The notes beneath the pieces were generated by a model. It did not search any database and had not been told where the DNA came from. It saw nothing but the letters and a program-made list of their open reading frames with translations. Below, one piece after another: positions 27,704 to 37,184 of a DNA stretch of 64,000 nucleotides. The stretch lies in contig CBDFJG010000001.1 in the NCBI GenBank assembly GCA_965248445.1, positions 448,001 through 512,000 on the forward strand, in the 5' to 3' direction. The stretch's first letter is position 1. Every line of letters begins with the position of its first letter. The DNA comes from Planctomycetota bacterium (GTDB lineage Bacteria > Planctomycetota > JAJSAM01 > JAJVHW01). The position numbers were made by a program, and so were the translations under genes.

Positions 27704-30072
27704 CGGCCGTTCTCCTGGCCGTTCCCGTTCTCGTTCGTGGGCATCTCCCAGGTCTTTTTCTGCCAGTCGCCGCCGTTCTTGGCAGCGTCCTTCTTGAGCG
27801 ACTGCAAGTGACGGAACACCTTCTCCGGCCGAACCGGGAGGTCGTACGAGCGGTAGCCCACCGCGTTGTAAAGCGCGTTGCCGAGTGCGGGCAGCACGGG
27901 GATGAGCGGTCCTTCACCGGCTTCCTTGGCGCCGAACGGGCCTTCCTTGTCCTCGGACTCGACCACGATCACGCGCATCTCCGGCGTCTCGAACGGTCCG
28001 AGGATCTTGTAGTCCAGCAGGTTCGGGTTGGTGATGCGCCCGTCGTGGTAGCGCATCTCCTCCATCAGCGCCTGACCGAGGCCCATGTGCATGCAGCCCT
28101 CGATCTGGCCCTCGACCGCCAGGCGGTTGATGGCCCGGCCGCAGTCGTGCGCGAGCGTCATCGTCGTGCACTTGACCAAGCCGGTCTCGATGTCGACATC
28201 CACCTCGGCGACGCACGCGTTGAACGAGTACGCCGGCGCGAGTCCGGCGCCCGCGCCCTTGAACGTGCCGCCCATGCGCGCGCTCTGGTACCAGCCCTTG
28301 GCGATCAACGCGCCGTTGTCGGCCAGCGCCTCGGTCAGTGCGTCGAAGTAGCTGACCTTGACCGAGTCGTCCTCCGACGACGTGAGAATCGTGTCCTCGA
28401 AGTCGAAGCTGTCGGCCGGGTGCGCGGTGATGCGCTCAGCGGCGCGGGACAGCTTCGCCTTGATGACCAGCGCTGCCTCGCGGGCGGCGTTCCCGATCAT
28501 GAAGCAGCCGCGGGAACTGTACGCGCCGAGGTCGAGCGGCGCCGTGTCCGTGTCCTCGCTCTTGACACGGATGAAGTCCATCGGGACGCCCAGCACCTCG
28601 GCGATCGCGATCGCAATGACGGTGTCGCTGCCTTGCCCGATCTCGGCACCCATCGAGTGCGCCGTGATGCCGCCGTCCACGTCGATCTTGAGGTGCACGG
28701 TGCTCTGCGGAGTGCGCGACTTGTGGATAGGCAGCACCGACCCGGAGATGTAGAAGCCCGCGGCGACGCCGATGCCCTTGCCGAACGGAAGGTTGCCCTT
28801 CTTCTCGCGCCATCCGGACTCGTCGCGCACGCGCTCCAGGCACTCGCGAATGCCGTTCGACGTGATGCGGAACTCGTTGATCGTCTTCGTGTACGCCTCG
28901 AGGACGTTGTCGAGACGCATCTGGATCGGATCGAGGCCGAGTTGCTCGGCCGCCATGTCGAACACGTTCTCGATGGCGTAGCGGCAGTTGACCGCGCCGT
29001 GTCCGCGCATCGCGCCGCAGGGCGCCTTGTTCGTGTAGACGCGGCGGCCGGCGTATCGGAAGTTCGGGACGCGGTACGGGCCCTGGCTGAGGACGCCGTT
29101 GTAGTAGGTCGTCACAACACCGAACGACGAGAACGCGCCGCCGTCGATCATCGCCTTGATGTCCATGCCCTGGATCTTGCCGTTCTCGTCGAACGGGATC
29201 TGGACCTCGACGGTCCCAGGGTGACGCCCGCGGTTCGTGAGGAAGATCTCCTCGCGGTCGAAGGTGAGCCGCACCGGGCGCTTGACCTTGCGCGCGAGGA
29301 GGCACGCCGCCATCTCGTGCGGGAACGGATCGCTCTTGCCACCAAATCCGCCGCCCACCGCAGTGCGAAACACGCGGATGCGGTGCATCGGCATGTCGAG
29401 CACCTTGGCGAGCGCGCGGTGCACGTAGTGCGGCACCTGCGTCGGCGTGTAGAGCGACATGCGCCCGTCGGCCTCCGGCACTGCGGTGACCGAGTGCGGC
29501 TCGGTGAACGCGTGGCCGACGCCGATGAAGTCGAACTTGCCGTGCGGCGCGACCTTCGCGCCGGCGATCGCCGCGTCGACGTCACCGAAGTGCTGGTCGA
29601 CGCGCTTCTGCGTGTTGGAGTGGTCCGGCGTCCACGCGTGGATCGGGTGCTCGACCGGATCCAGGCCCTTGACCGGGTCGAAGTAGGTCGGGAGCCGCTC
29701 GTACACGACCTCGATCGCCGCGCAAGCGGCCTTGGCCGTCTGCTCGTCGTCGGCGGCAATCGCGGCGACGATGTCGCCGACGAAGCGGACCTTGTCCGAC
29801 GCGACGGCCTCTTCGTCCTGGCTGATCGGCAGCACACCGAACTTCGCGGCGCCGTCGGCGCCGGTGATGACCCCGTGCACGCCCTCCATCGCCAACGCGC
29901 GGGAGGTGTCGACGCGCAGGATCCGCGCGTGCGGCAGCGTGGACCGCAGCAACCTGCAGATGAGGGTGTTCGGGAACCGTACGTCGTCGCCGTAGATCGC
30001 GGAGCCCGCGACCTTCTGCCAGCTATCGACGAGAGGTTGCCGGCTCCCGACGACCTTGAAGCCCTGCGTCAT
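27700..30072 (-). CDS. hcrA: Xanthine-oxidase-family molybdopterin subunit, 4-hydroxybenzoyl-CoA reductase alpha-like
   Basis: TQVPHYVH, GGGFGGK, AMRGHG, EIGQGS, YSSR, VEGQIEG and GAKEAGE. Confidence 0.7.
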   Translation of the reverse strand: MTQGFKVVGSRQPLVDSWQKVAGSAIYGDDVRFPNTLICRLLRSTLPHARILRVDTSRALAMEGVHGVITGADGAAKFGVLPISQDEEAVASDKVRFVGDIVAAIAADDEQTAKAACAAIEVVYERLPTYFDPVKGLDPVEHPIHAWTPDHSNTQKRVDQHFGDVDAAIAGAKVAPHGKFDFIGVGHAFTEPHSVTAVPEADGRMSLYTPTQVPHYVHRALAKVLDMPMHRIRVFRTAVGGGFGGKSDPFPHEMAACLLARKVKRPVRLTFDREEIFLTNRGRHPGTVEVQIPFDENGKIQGMDIKAMIDGGAFSSFGVVTTYYNGVLSQGPYRVPNFRYAGRRVYTNKAPCGAMRGHGAVNCRYAIENVFDMAAEQLGLDPIQMRLDNVLEAYTKTINEFRITSNGIRECLERVRDESGWREKKGNLPFGKGIGVAAGFYISGSVLPIHKSRTPQSTVHLKIDVDGGITAHSMGAEIGQGSDTVIAIAIAEVLGVPMDFIRVKSEDTDTAPLDLGAYSSRGCFMIGNAAREAALVIKAKLSRAAERITAHPADSFDFEDTILTSSEDDSVKVSYFDALTEALADNGALIAKGWYQSARMGGTFKGAGAGLAPAYSFNACVAEVDVDIETGLVKCTTMTLAHDCGRAINRLAVEGQIEGCMHMGLGQALMEEMRYHDGRITNPNLLDYKILGPFETPEMRVIVVESEDKEGPFGAKEAGEGPLIPVLPALGNALYNAVGYRSYDLPVRPEKVFRHLQSLKKDAAKNGGDWQKKTWEMPTNENGNGQENGR

Positions 30073-30595
30073 CCTTCTCACCTGTCTCTGTTGGTTCGGG
30101 CGCTTCGGCGGTTGCGCCGCGCAGTTCCTCGGCGGCCGTCTCGACGGCCTCCACGATCTTGGCGTAGCCCGTGCAGCGGCAGAGGTTGCCGGCAATCGCC
30201 GACTTGATCTCGTCGCGCGACGGCGCGGCGTTCTGCCGCAGCAGCGCCACCGACGTCATGATGAACCCGGGCGTGCAGTACCCGCACTGGCTGCCGCCGC
30301 ACGTGGCGAACGCCTCTTGCACGGGGTGCAGCCGCTCGGCGCCTGTCAGCCCCTCGACCGTCTCGAGACTTCGCCCCTCCGCCTCGAGCGCAAGGGTCAG
30401 GCAGGAGAGGATCGGTCGCCCCTCCATGAGCACCGTGCAACAGCCGCACGTGCCCATGTCGCAGCCGATTTTGGTCCCCGTCAGCCCGACCTGGTCCCGC
30501 AGCGCCAGCGCGAGCGTGTCGTGAGGGCGCACCGCGACCTCGTACGAGGTCCCGTTGACCACGAGCGTCACGAGTGTCTTGGGCGTGCCAGCCAT
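30023..30595 (-). CDS. hcrC: 2x[2Fe-2S] small subunit (HcrC/CoxS-like)
   Basis: GTKIGCDMGTCGCCTV, QCGYCTPG and GNLCRCTGY. Confidence 0.75.
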   Translation of the reverse strand: MAGTPKTLVTLVVNGTSYEVAVRPHDTLALALRDQVGLTGTKIGCDMGTCGCCTVLMEGRPILSCLTLALEAEGRSLETVEGLTGAERLHPVQEAFATCGGSQCGYCTPGFIMTSVALLRQNAAPSRDEIKSAIAGNLCRCTGYAKIVEAVETAAEELRGATAEAPEPTETGEKDDAGLQGRREPATSRR

Positions 30596-30754
30596 ACCGA
30601 GCGGTCTCCTGCGAGCGCAGCGCCAGAGGGTACCCCGTCCCCCTCGGCGGAGGGAGTTCGGAAGCGGCGCCGCAGCGCCCGCCTTCCCGCCGAGGCGTCA
30701 ACTGTCGTAGCGCCCCCCTCTGCTCATCGTACTTCCGTCGCTTCAGCCGTGTCT

Positions 30755-30844
30755 TCAGCCAGGCCTCTTCCCGACCATCTGAGCGAGACCGGCCAGGGCC
30801 AGCAGACAGAGCAGCAGCGTCATCACGAGCCGCATGAGCCTCAC
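30755..30844 (-). CDS. Putative 29-aa hydrophobic small protein
   Basis: AGGAG RBS 6 nt before GTG; (M)RLMRLVMTLLLCLLALAGLAQMVGKRPG*. Confidence 0.45.
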   Translation of the reverse strand: MRLMRLVMTLLLCLLALAGLAQMVGKRPG

Positions 30845-30930
30845 CTCACCCTCCTGGGCGAGATTCTACGGGATACGTTGCGGGGCCCGGTCGTGGACGG
30901 TGTTCGCACTGGAGGAGGAGGACCACACCC

Positions 30931-31734
30931 ATGACGTCCACGACTGAGAGCGACACTGTCCCCGGATTTGCGCGGCGGCTGCTGGGCCTGGCGTACGGGC
31001 TGTTCAGCTATGCCGTCTTCTTCGGTTCTTTCCTCTACACGATCGGCTTCCTGGCGGAGCAGGTCGTGCCGAACACGATCAACTACGGCCACACGGCCTC
31101 GCCAGGCGTCGCCCTCGCCGTCAATCTGGGTCTGCTGCTCGCATTCGGGCTGCAGCACAGCGTGATGGCGCGGCCCACGTTCAAGCGAGCGATGGCCGGC
31201 ATCGTGGCGCCCTCGCAGGAGCGGCAGACCTACGTGCTCGCTTCGGCGATCGTGCTGTTCGCCGTCGGCCTGTTCTGGCATCCGCTGGGCGGCGAGATCT
31301 TCGACCTGCGTGGGAGCGCAGCGGGTTGGGCCCTCACAAGCCTGCAGTTGGGCGGGTTCGGACTGGTGCTGGCGGCGACGATCGCCATCGACCACTTCGA
31401 GCTGTTCGGTCTCTCCCAGACGTTCGCCTACGCCCGCGGCAAGCGCCACGAGGACCGCGGGTTCCGCGTTCCGACGCTCTACCGCTTCGTGCGCCATCCC
31501 ATCCAGACCGGGTTCCTGATTGCGTCGTGGGCGACACCCCACATGACGATCAGCCACCTGGTGTTCGCTGTCGTCATCACGGCCTACATCGTCGTCGCGC
31601 TGAAACTCGAAGAGCGCAACCTGGTCGACGCTTTCGGCGACGACTACCGGAAGTACCGCGAGCAGGTCGGCATGCTCTTCCCGCGCGGTCGCTACACCGG
31701 GGACAGCGCTCAGTTGTCAGCAGCGTCCGGGTAG
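30931..31734 (+). CDS. mddA: Methanethiol S-methyltransferase-like (ICMT family)
   Basis: YG..SY.VFF..FLY.IGF, QHSVMARP.FK, ER.TYVL, FELFGL, LY..VRHP, WATP.MT..HL and LEER.L; strong GGAGGAGGAGG RBS. Confidence 0.8.
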   Translation: MTSTTESDTVPGFARRLLGLAYGLFSYAVFFGSFLYTIGFLAEQVVPNTINYGHTASPGVALAVNLGLLLAFGLQHSVMARPTFKRAMAGIVAPSQERQTYVLASAIVLFAVGLFWHPLGGEIFDLRGSAAGWALTSLQLGGFGLVLAATIAIDHFELFGLSQTFAYARGKRHEDRGFRVPTLYRFVRHPIQTGFLIASWATPHMTISHLVFAVVITAYIVVALKLEERNLVDAFGDDYRKYREQVGMLFPRGRYTGDSAQLSAASG

Positions 31735-31972
31735 ACCCCAGGCCTTTCGGATGACTCCCACGCGAAGGGGCGGTTAACGGAAGCGGGGCGAGCCAAGGCC
31801 ATGCCCCTGGGGTCCTCACTCAACGTAGCGCAGCCGTTCCTCGTCGAACTCGGCTGCGGCGAACAGGACACGCCCCGGCGGGTGTTCGAAGACGACGGGC
31901 GGGGACACGGGCTGCGAGACGGAGTCGTGAAACGGCACGGAGACCGCGAGCGTCCCTGCTCTGCGGCAGCGG

Positions 31973-32896
31973 TCACTCGTCTTCGGGGGTCTCATCCTCG
32001 TAGCCGACGGGCGGAGGGGTCGTGAAACCGGCGGGGCCGGCGACGCTCGAGGTGACGGGGATGAGACCAGGTAGCGACGTCAGGTCCGCGCCCGCGACCG
32101 TGATCTTCCGCGGGGATTGGTCTCCGAGTGTGGCCGTGTAGGCCACGAGCGACGCCGGTAACTCACCGGCAACGCCGGTGAACGTCACGCCCATGCACTT
32201 CTGTTGCGCCGCCACGTCCACGATCGAGAGAACGAGTGCGAGTCGCGTCTCCGGTCGCGCATCGACCTGGACCACTCCGTCCGAGGCCGCGTGCGTCGCG
32301 AACGGCGTGTGCAGCGCATTCGCATCGCTGGGCGGCCAACCATCCGACACCTTCACCGGCAGCAGGACGGGCGGGTACTCCGGCGGCCCGATGGCGCCGT
32401 CGCCTGGAAGGAACACCGCGATCGCGCCTTCGGCGTCGTCGCGAGAGTGCTGCGCCGCGAACCAGATCCGGTAGACGCCCGTTTGCGCGCAGGTCTGCAG
32501 CACATACTGGATCGCGCCCCACCGCACCCGACCGTCGGCGCTGATCACCAGATCGAGCTCGGAGAGCCGCTGGTCGCCGACGAGCGAGACGAGCGTGCCG
32601 CGCAGCCCGGACAGGTCGCCGTCTGCGCCGTCGATCGTGAGCGCGCCGTTCGCGGCGATCCCGACGTCGAGGCGGTGGGCGGACGTCGGCGCATCCCCCA
32701 CCGTGCCGATGCGCGGGAGCTTCACCCCTTTCGGCGGTGCGGGCTGTTCCGGCGGTGCGGGCTGACGAACCGGAGGCGGCTCGGCCTGGGTCGTGCCGTC
32801 GGACTGCTCGGACCCGCACGCGGCGGCCAGCAGCAGAACAGCGACCGCTACCGCGCGAGGCCGTCGGCCAACCGCTTCTCGAACGTGGTGATCCAC
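31973..32896 (-). CDS. ExbD/TolR-like lipoprotein (start uncertain)
   Basis: Lipobox LAAAC, a Pro-rich linker, and V.LP..VGIAANGALTIDG..VISADGRVRWG..VLQTC. Confidence 0.6.
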   Translation of the reverse strand: MDHHVREAVGRRPRAVAVAVLLLAAACGSEQSDGTTQAEPPPVRQPAPPEQPAPPKGVKLPRIGTVGDAPTSAHRLDVGIAANGALTIDGADGDLSGLRGTLVSLVGDQRLSELDLVISADGRVRWGAIQYVLQTCAQTGVYRIWFAAQHSRDDAEGAIAVFLPGDGAIGPPEYPPVLLPVKVSDGWPPSDANALHTPFATHAASDGVVQVDARPETRLALVLSIVDVAAQQKCMGVTFTGVAGELPASLVAYTATLGDQSPRKITVAGADLTSLPGLIPVTSSVAGPAGFTTPPPVGYEDETPEDE

Positions 32897-33873
32897 TCTT
32901 GCGCCCTTTCCGCCGGTTTCGTGTTGCCGCGCGACTTGATCAGACTGCAAAGTTCGCGGATCGCGGCCTCGACGTCCTTCTTCTTGCGCGGGTTCGTCTT
33001 CTCGAGGATCGCGTCCAGCCGGTCTTCCGCCTCGCGCACCCAGCCGACGCGCGGATTGGCTTCGAGCTTCGCCCACTCGGCCTCGACGCTCTCCTCGAAC
33101 TTCGTGCCCTTGTAGATCTCGCGCATGCGCTCCACGCGGCGGCTGACGATGCCCCAGTCGAGTTCCTTCGCGAGCGCCTTGATGACCTTGGTCTGGAAGG
33201 CGTGGTAGCGGGCGATTTCGGCACGTACTGCGGCGGCTACGGCCTTGTCCGGCTCGCCTGCGTACTGGTCCTTCTCGATCTTCTCCGTCGCCGCCACGGC
33301 CGCTCCGAAGCGGAGTTCGCGCGCGGCCTTGGCAAGCGTCTTGGCTTTGCGCGGGAGCGCTTTCTCGTCGAACCATCCGGCGCGGGTGAACTGCGGTTCC
33401 AGGACGCTGTCCTTCAGTGCCTGCACGTGAGCGTTGAACACGACCGTTCCGCCCGGGCCGACCACGTACGTACGCGGAACCGACGTGCCGGGATAAGCGA
33501 GCGAAGCGTCACCCTTCGCATCGTGGCCGACGTGCCACTTGGCTTCGCTGCGCGAGACGTACGCCGCCGCCTGGTCTGCGTCACAGTCGATGAGCACTTC
33601 GATGAAGGTGTACGGCCGTTCAGAGTGCGCCTTTGCCAGGTCTGCGACCTTCGACTCGAACGCGCGGGACGTCAGCTTGGTCGGATCGTGGAAGTGCAGG
33701 ACCACGACGCGGCCGCGCAACTTCTTCATCCTCGGCGCCGCGCCGTTCCACCACTTCGCGCACGCGACGTCGGCCGCAGTCTGGTCCAGGCGGTCCACGA
33801 TCGCGGCGTCGGCGGAGATCGCGGTCACAGCGAGGAGGGCCGCTGCCCATTTCACAGACACGGGGCGTCGCAT
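32848..33873 (-). CDS. Secreted TlpA/redoxin-fold protein lacking CxxC, with a helical C-terminus
   Basis: LRGRVVVLHF, then HDPTKLTS where WCxxC is expected; SVPRTYVVGPGG. Confidence 0.7.
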   Translation of the reverse strand: MRRPVSVKWAAALLAVTAISADAAIVDRLDQTAADVACAKWWNGAAPRMKKLRGRVVVLHFHDPTKLTSRAFESKVADLAKAHSERPYTFIEVLIDCDADQAAAYVSRSEAKWHVGHDAKGDASLAYPGTSVPRTYVVGPGGTVVFNAHVQALKDSVLEPQFTRAGWFDEKALPRKAKTLAKAARELRFGAAVAATEKIEKDQYAGEPDKAVAAAVRAEIARYHAFQTKVIKALAKELDWGIVSRRVERMREIYKGTKFEESVEAEWAKLEANPRVGWVREAEDRLDAILEKTNPRKKKDVEAAIRELCSLIKSRGNTKPAERAQEWITTFEKRLADGLAR

Positions 33874-34451
33874 CACGGCGAGTCTACGAGTCCCTCCGCA
33901 CCGGCTCGCCCACGGATCTCGGCGAACGGCACCGGCTCGCGCGGCGGATCGGACGGCGCCTGCAAGGTGAGCGCCCACCACGAGACGTCGTGCCAAGCGC
34001 CGAACTTGAACCCGAGCGAAGGGAAGACGCCCACGTGGCGGAATCCCACGCTCTCGTGCAGACGCTCGCTCGGCAGGTTGGGCGGCACGATCCCGGCGAC
34101 CACGATGTGGAACCCCTGCCACCCGAGGATCGCGAGCAGCACGTCGTAGAGAGCGCGCCCGATGCCCCGGCTGTGTGCCTCCGAGTCCACGTAGGCCGAG
34201 ACTTCGACCGTCCAGCGGTACGCGCTGCGCGCGCGGTGCGCCCCTGCGTAGGCGTAGCCCACCACCTCTTCGTCCAGAGTTGCGACCAGGTAGGGGTGCA
34301 CCGGCAGGCAGGCTGCGATGCGACGCGCCATCTCCGCATCGACCGGGGCGGACTCCTCGAACGTGGCCGGCGACGTGCGCACGGATTGCGCGTAGACCGC
34401 CGCGACTGCCGGTGCATCGGCGATGGCGGCAACCCGGACCCGGATCGTCAC
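33873..34451 (-). CDS. Phosphinothricin/arsinothricin-type GNAT N-acetyltransferase
   Basis: ATFEE, GYAYA, RSAYRWTVEVSAYV, RGIGRALY, PN.PS..LHES.GF and GFKFGAWHDV. Confidence 0.88.
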   Translation of the reverse strand: MTIRVRVAAIADAPAVAAVYAQSVRTSPATFEESAPVDAEMARRIAACLPVHPYLVATLDEEVVGYAYAGAHRARSAYRWTVEVSAYVDSEAHSRGIGRALYDVLLAILGWQGFHIVVAGIVPPNLPSERLHESVGFRHVGVFPSLGFKFGAWHDVSWWALTLQAPSDPPREPVPFAEIRGRAGAEGLVDSP

Positions 34452-36493
34452 ACTCCCTCCGCAACGATCGGCTCGACCTCGATCCGGCCGCGCCACGGCC
34501 GCACGCGCGTGATCCGCCACTGACCTGCAGTGCCCTCCGACGGCGCCCGCCAAGAGCGTTCGCACTTGAGTGTCACCTCACGGTGCAGATCCGGAATCCA
34601 AACGGAGCCGGTGCCGCGCCGCGGCGTCCGCGAGAGCAGGCCCGGGAGCACTTCCCCCACGCGCGGCTCGAACACGCGTGCGATCCAGTAGCGCAGGCGC
34701 GCGTCGGCGGCCTGCCGGACGCGGCGCACGCGTTGCGCCAGGTGCGTGGCGAGATCTTCCAACTCGGCGTGGTTGAGAGGCGGCTTCTCCCCGCGCAGGA
34801 CCGCGCACAACTGGCCCTGGTTCGCCATGTCTCCGTAACGCCGGATCGGCGACGTGATCTGAACGTAGGCGTCGACGCCCAGCCCGTGGTGCGGTCCCGG
34901 CTCCGTGGCCACGACCGTGGGAGCGAACGACTTGCGGAGACGCAACTCGTACAACGGATCGCCCACCTCCGGGGGCTGACGGCGACGATCCGTGTCTCCG
35001 CTCTGCGTTCGATAGAGCGCCGGCGCGCGGGCATCGGCCATGAGCGCGGCGGCGGCCGAGTTGTAGAGCACCATCGTCTCGCTCACGAGCACGTCAGCTG
35101 GAGAGTCCTGCCGGCGGACGCGCACCTCGGGGACGCCATCGCGAAGGGCAACGTCGATGGACGGAATCTCAACGATTCGTGCGCCGCGCTCCCCGCGGGC
35201 GGCGCGCAGCGCGTCACCGATGCGCACCAGTAACGCGCCGTCCTCCGCGTTTTCGCCGAGTACGGAGGCATCGCGGCTCTCGGCATACGTGACGTGGCGC
35301 GCCACACGGACCACGGTCCGCTCGAACCGCGTGTCGACCACGGAGAGGTCGTCGGAGAGCGCCGCTACGAGGGTCAACGCAGGCCGGGGGTCGGGACCGA
35401 GAGACAGCGCCTCTACCGCGTCGCGGAAGAGCATCGGTGTCGTGCCGTCCGGGATGTAGAGCGACGACGCATTCCAGTGCGCTCGGAGCGTGAGCGATTC
35501 GCACTTCGCGAGGCGTGTGCAATCGGCCACGTGGACGAGCAGTTCCAGGCGGCCGTCCACCCGTCGCAGCGACACGGCATCGTCGACCTCGAACGTGCCG
35601 GCGCTGTCGACGGCGACCGCGAGCAGGCCGGTCAGGTCAGTCCGTCCGGATGCGTCCACGGCGGAGTCAGAGAGGGACTTGATCTCGTGGCGATGGGACT
35701 CATCGCAGTGCGTGAACAGGCACGCGCGTTCCGCACTGGGATTCGTGTCCTTCGGCAGGGCTCCGCAGGCCACGAGTTCCTCTAGGAGGATGTCGGGTGT
35801 CTCGTGCAGTCCGAGCGACCGTACGAGCGCGAGTGCACGCGCGCCGTCGCTGCACTCCCCCCGCAGAGCGACGTGGATCACGGCATCCAGGCTGTCGCGG
35901 CCCGCCGCCGCCTCGTCCGGCCGGTAGTCCGTGTCGGTCCAGCGAGCCGACTCCGCTTCGCGATCGGCTGCGGCCCGCCACGCCGCCGGGACGCCGCTGC
36001 TGCGCTCGGGCCACCACGCCGCGACCGCCCCATCCGCGGCGGCGACGAACCGCTCCTCGTTCAACACCCGCAGCGTTCGCCGCGCCTCGAGGGCCGGTAC
36101 GGCGGTGAAGCGGCCGTCCTTGCGCCGGAACCACGGCGCCGCTCCCGTGCATCCCAGGGCGAGCGCCAGCGGATCGTCGACCCCGGCCTCCGCGATCAGG
36201 TCGTCGAGCGAGTACTCGCGGCCCTCCGGCAGACGGCGGTGCAACGACAGCCAGTCCGCGTAGGGAGTCACCGACGCCCGCACGCGCGCCAGGTACGCCG
36301 CCTCGTCCTCGTCCACACGACGAGCGAACGGCGCAACGACGCGCGCGATGACCCGCTCCGCGGGCAGCCGGAAGCGGGCGCGGTCCTCGGCGACGAGGGC
36401 CAGCATGGGACCCTTCCTGCCGTCCTCCTCACCCACCACGCACGCGAGGTGAACGCCCTGGCGACGCGGAAAGGCGACAACCTCTTGGCCCAT
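34448..36493 (-). CDS. RNB-domain exoribonuclease (RNase II/R family)
   Basis: AVDSAGTFEVDDAVS, VHVAD, SLYIP, VSETM and HHGLG..AY.QITSPIRRYGD. Confidence 0.88.
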   Translation of the reverse strand: MGQEVVAFPRRQGVHLACVVGEEDGRKGPMLALVAEDRARFRLPAERVIARVVAPFARRVDEDEAAYLARVRASVTPYADWLSLHRRLPEGREYSLDDLIAEAGVDDPLALALGCTGAAPWFRRKDGRFTAVPALEARRTLRVLNEERFVAAADGAVAAWWPERSSGVPAAWRAAADREAESARWTDTDYRPDEAAAGRDSLDAVIHVALRGECSDGARALALVRSLGLHETPDILLEELVACGALPKDTNPSAERACLFTHCDESHRHEIKSLSDSAVDASGRTDLTGLLAVAVDSAGTFEVDDAVSLRRVDGRLELLVHVADCTRLAKCESLTLRAHWNASSLYIPDGTTPMLFRDAVEALSLGPDPRPALTLVAALSDDLSVVDTRFERTVVRVARHVTYAESRDASVLGENAEDGALLVRIGDALRAARGERGARIVEIPSIDVALRDGVPEVRVRRQDSPADVLVSETMVLYNSAAAALMADARAPALYRTQSGDTDRRRQPPEVGDPLYELRLRKSFAPTVVATEPGPHHGLGVDAYVQITSPIRRYGDMANQGQLCAVLRGEKPPLNHAELEDLATHLAQRVRRVRQAADARLRYWIARVFEPRVGEVLPGLLSRTPRRGTGSVWIPDLHREVTLKCERSWRAPSEGTAGQWRITRVRPWRGRIEVEPIVAEGV

Positions 36494-36573
36494 CGCGGCG
36501 AGGCTACTGAGCGCTGCCTGGCGAGGCGGGTTTCTTCGCACGAGCGGGCGGGCGCATCCCGCACCCTTCCGGC

Positions 36574-37149
36574 ATGTCAGACACCGACGAACAGGCCCCG
36601 AAAGACCGCCTCGCGGCGATCGTGCGCGAGCAACTCGCGCTGATCGGCGAGGACCCCGACCGCGAGGGACTCCGCAGCACGCCGAAGCGGGTCGCCAAGG
36701 CGATGCGCTTCTTCACGCAGGGCTACTCCCAGGACCTGGACACGCTTCTGAACGCGGCAGTCTTCACCGAGCAGACCGACGAGATGGTCGTCGTCCGCGA
36801 CATCGAGGTCTACAGCCTCTGCGAGCACCACATGGTCCCGTTCTTCGGCAAGGCCCACGTCGGCTACCTGCCCCGGGGCAAGATCATCGGCCTGTCCAAG
36901 GTCGCACGGCTGGTCGATATGTATGCCAGAAGGCTGCAGGTGCAGGAGCGCCTGACGACGCAGGTCGCGCAAGCTCTCATGACCCTGGTCCAGCCTCGGG
37001 GAGTTGGCGTGGTCATCGAGGCCAGCCACCTCTGCATGATGATGCGCGGTGTCGAGAAGCAGAACTCACGGGCGATCACGAGCTGCATGCTCGGGACGTT
37101 CCGGTCCGATCCACGGACCCGCTCGGAGTTCCTCGACTTCGTGAACTGA
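36574..37149 (+). CDS. folE: GTP cyclohydrolase I
   Basis: [30 protein letters not shown] and HLCMMMRG. Confidence 0.95.
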   Translation: MSDTDEQAPKDRLAAIVREQLALIGEDPDREGLRSTPKRVAKAMRFFTQGYSQDLDTLLNAAVFTEQTDEMVVVRDIEVYSLCEHHMVPFFGKAHVGYLPRGKIIGLSKVARLVDMYARRLQVQERLTTQVAQALMTLVQPRGVGVVIEASHLCMMMRGVEKQNSRAITSCMLGTFRSDPRTRSEFLDFVN

Positions 37150-37184
37150 CTGTCTCGTCGACCTGACATGAGACGCGCCGAGCC

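Noticed and set aside
30023..30072. 50-nt overlap between the hcrC-like and hcrA-like genes
   Set aside because: It is a low-complexity C-terminal extension past the next start codon, which is common in high-GC operons.
27808..30207. Very long antisense or alternate-frame ORFs (for example 27808-30207 +, 12698-14824 -, 51521-53458 -, 3617-5290 -)
   Set aside because: These are shadow ORFs expected at very high GC opposite well-supported genes. They have no recognisable motifs and show Arg/Ala/Gly-rich composition.
31733..31814. HDV-like ribozyme or a known riboswitch
   Set aside because: I could not build the P3/P1.1 pseudoknot or match any riboswitch consensus I know, and the element is not in a 5' UTR.
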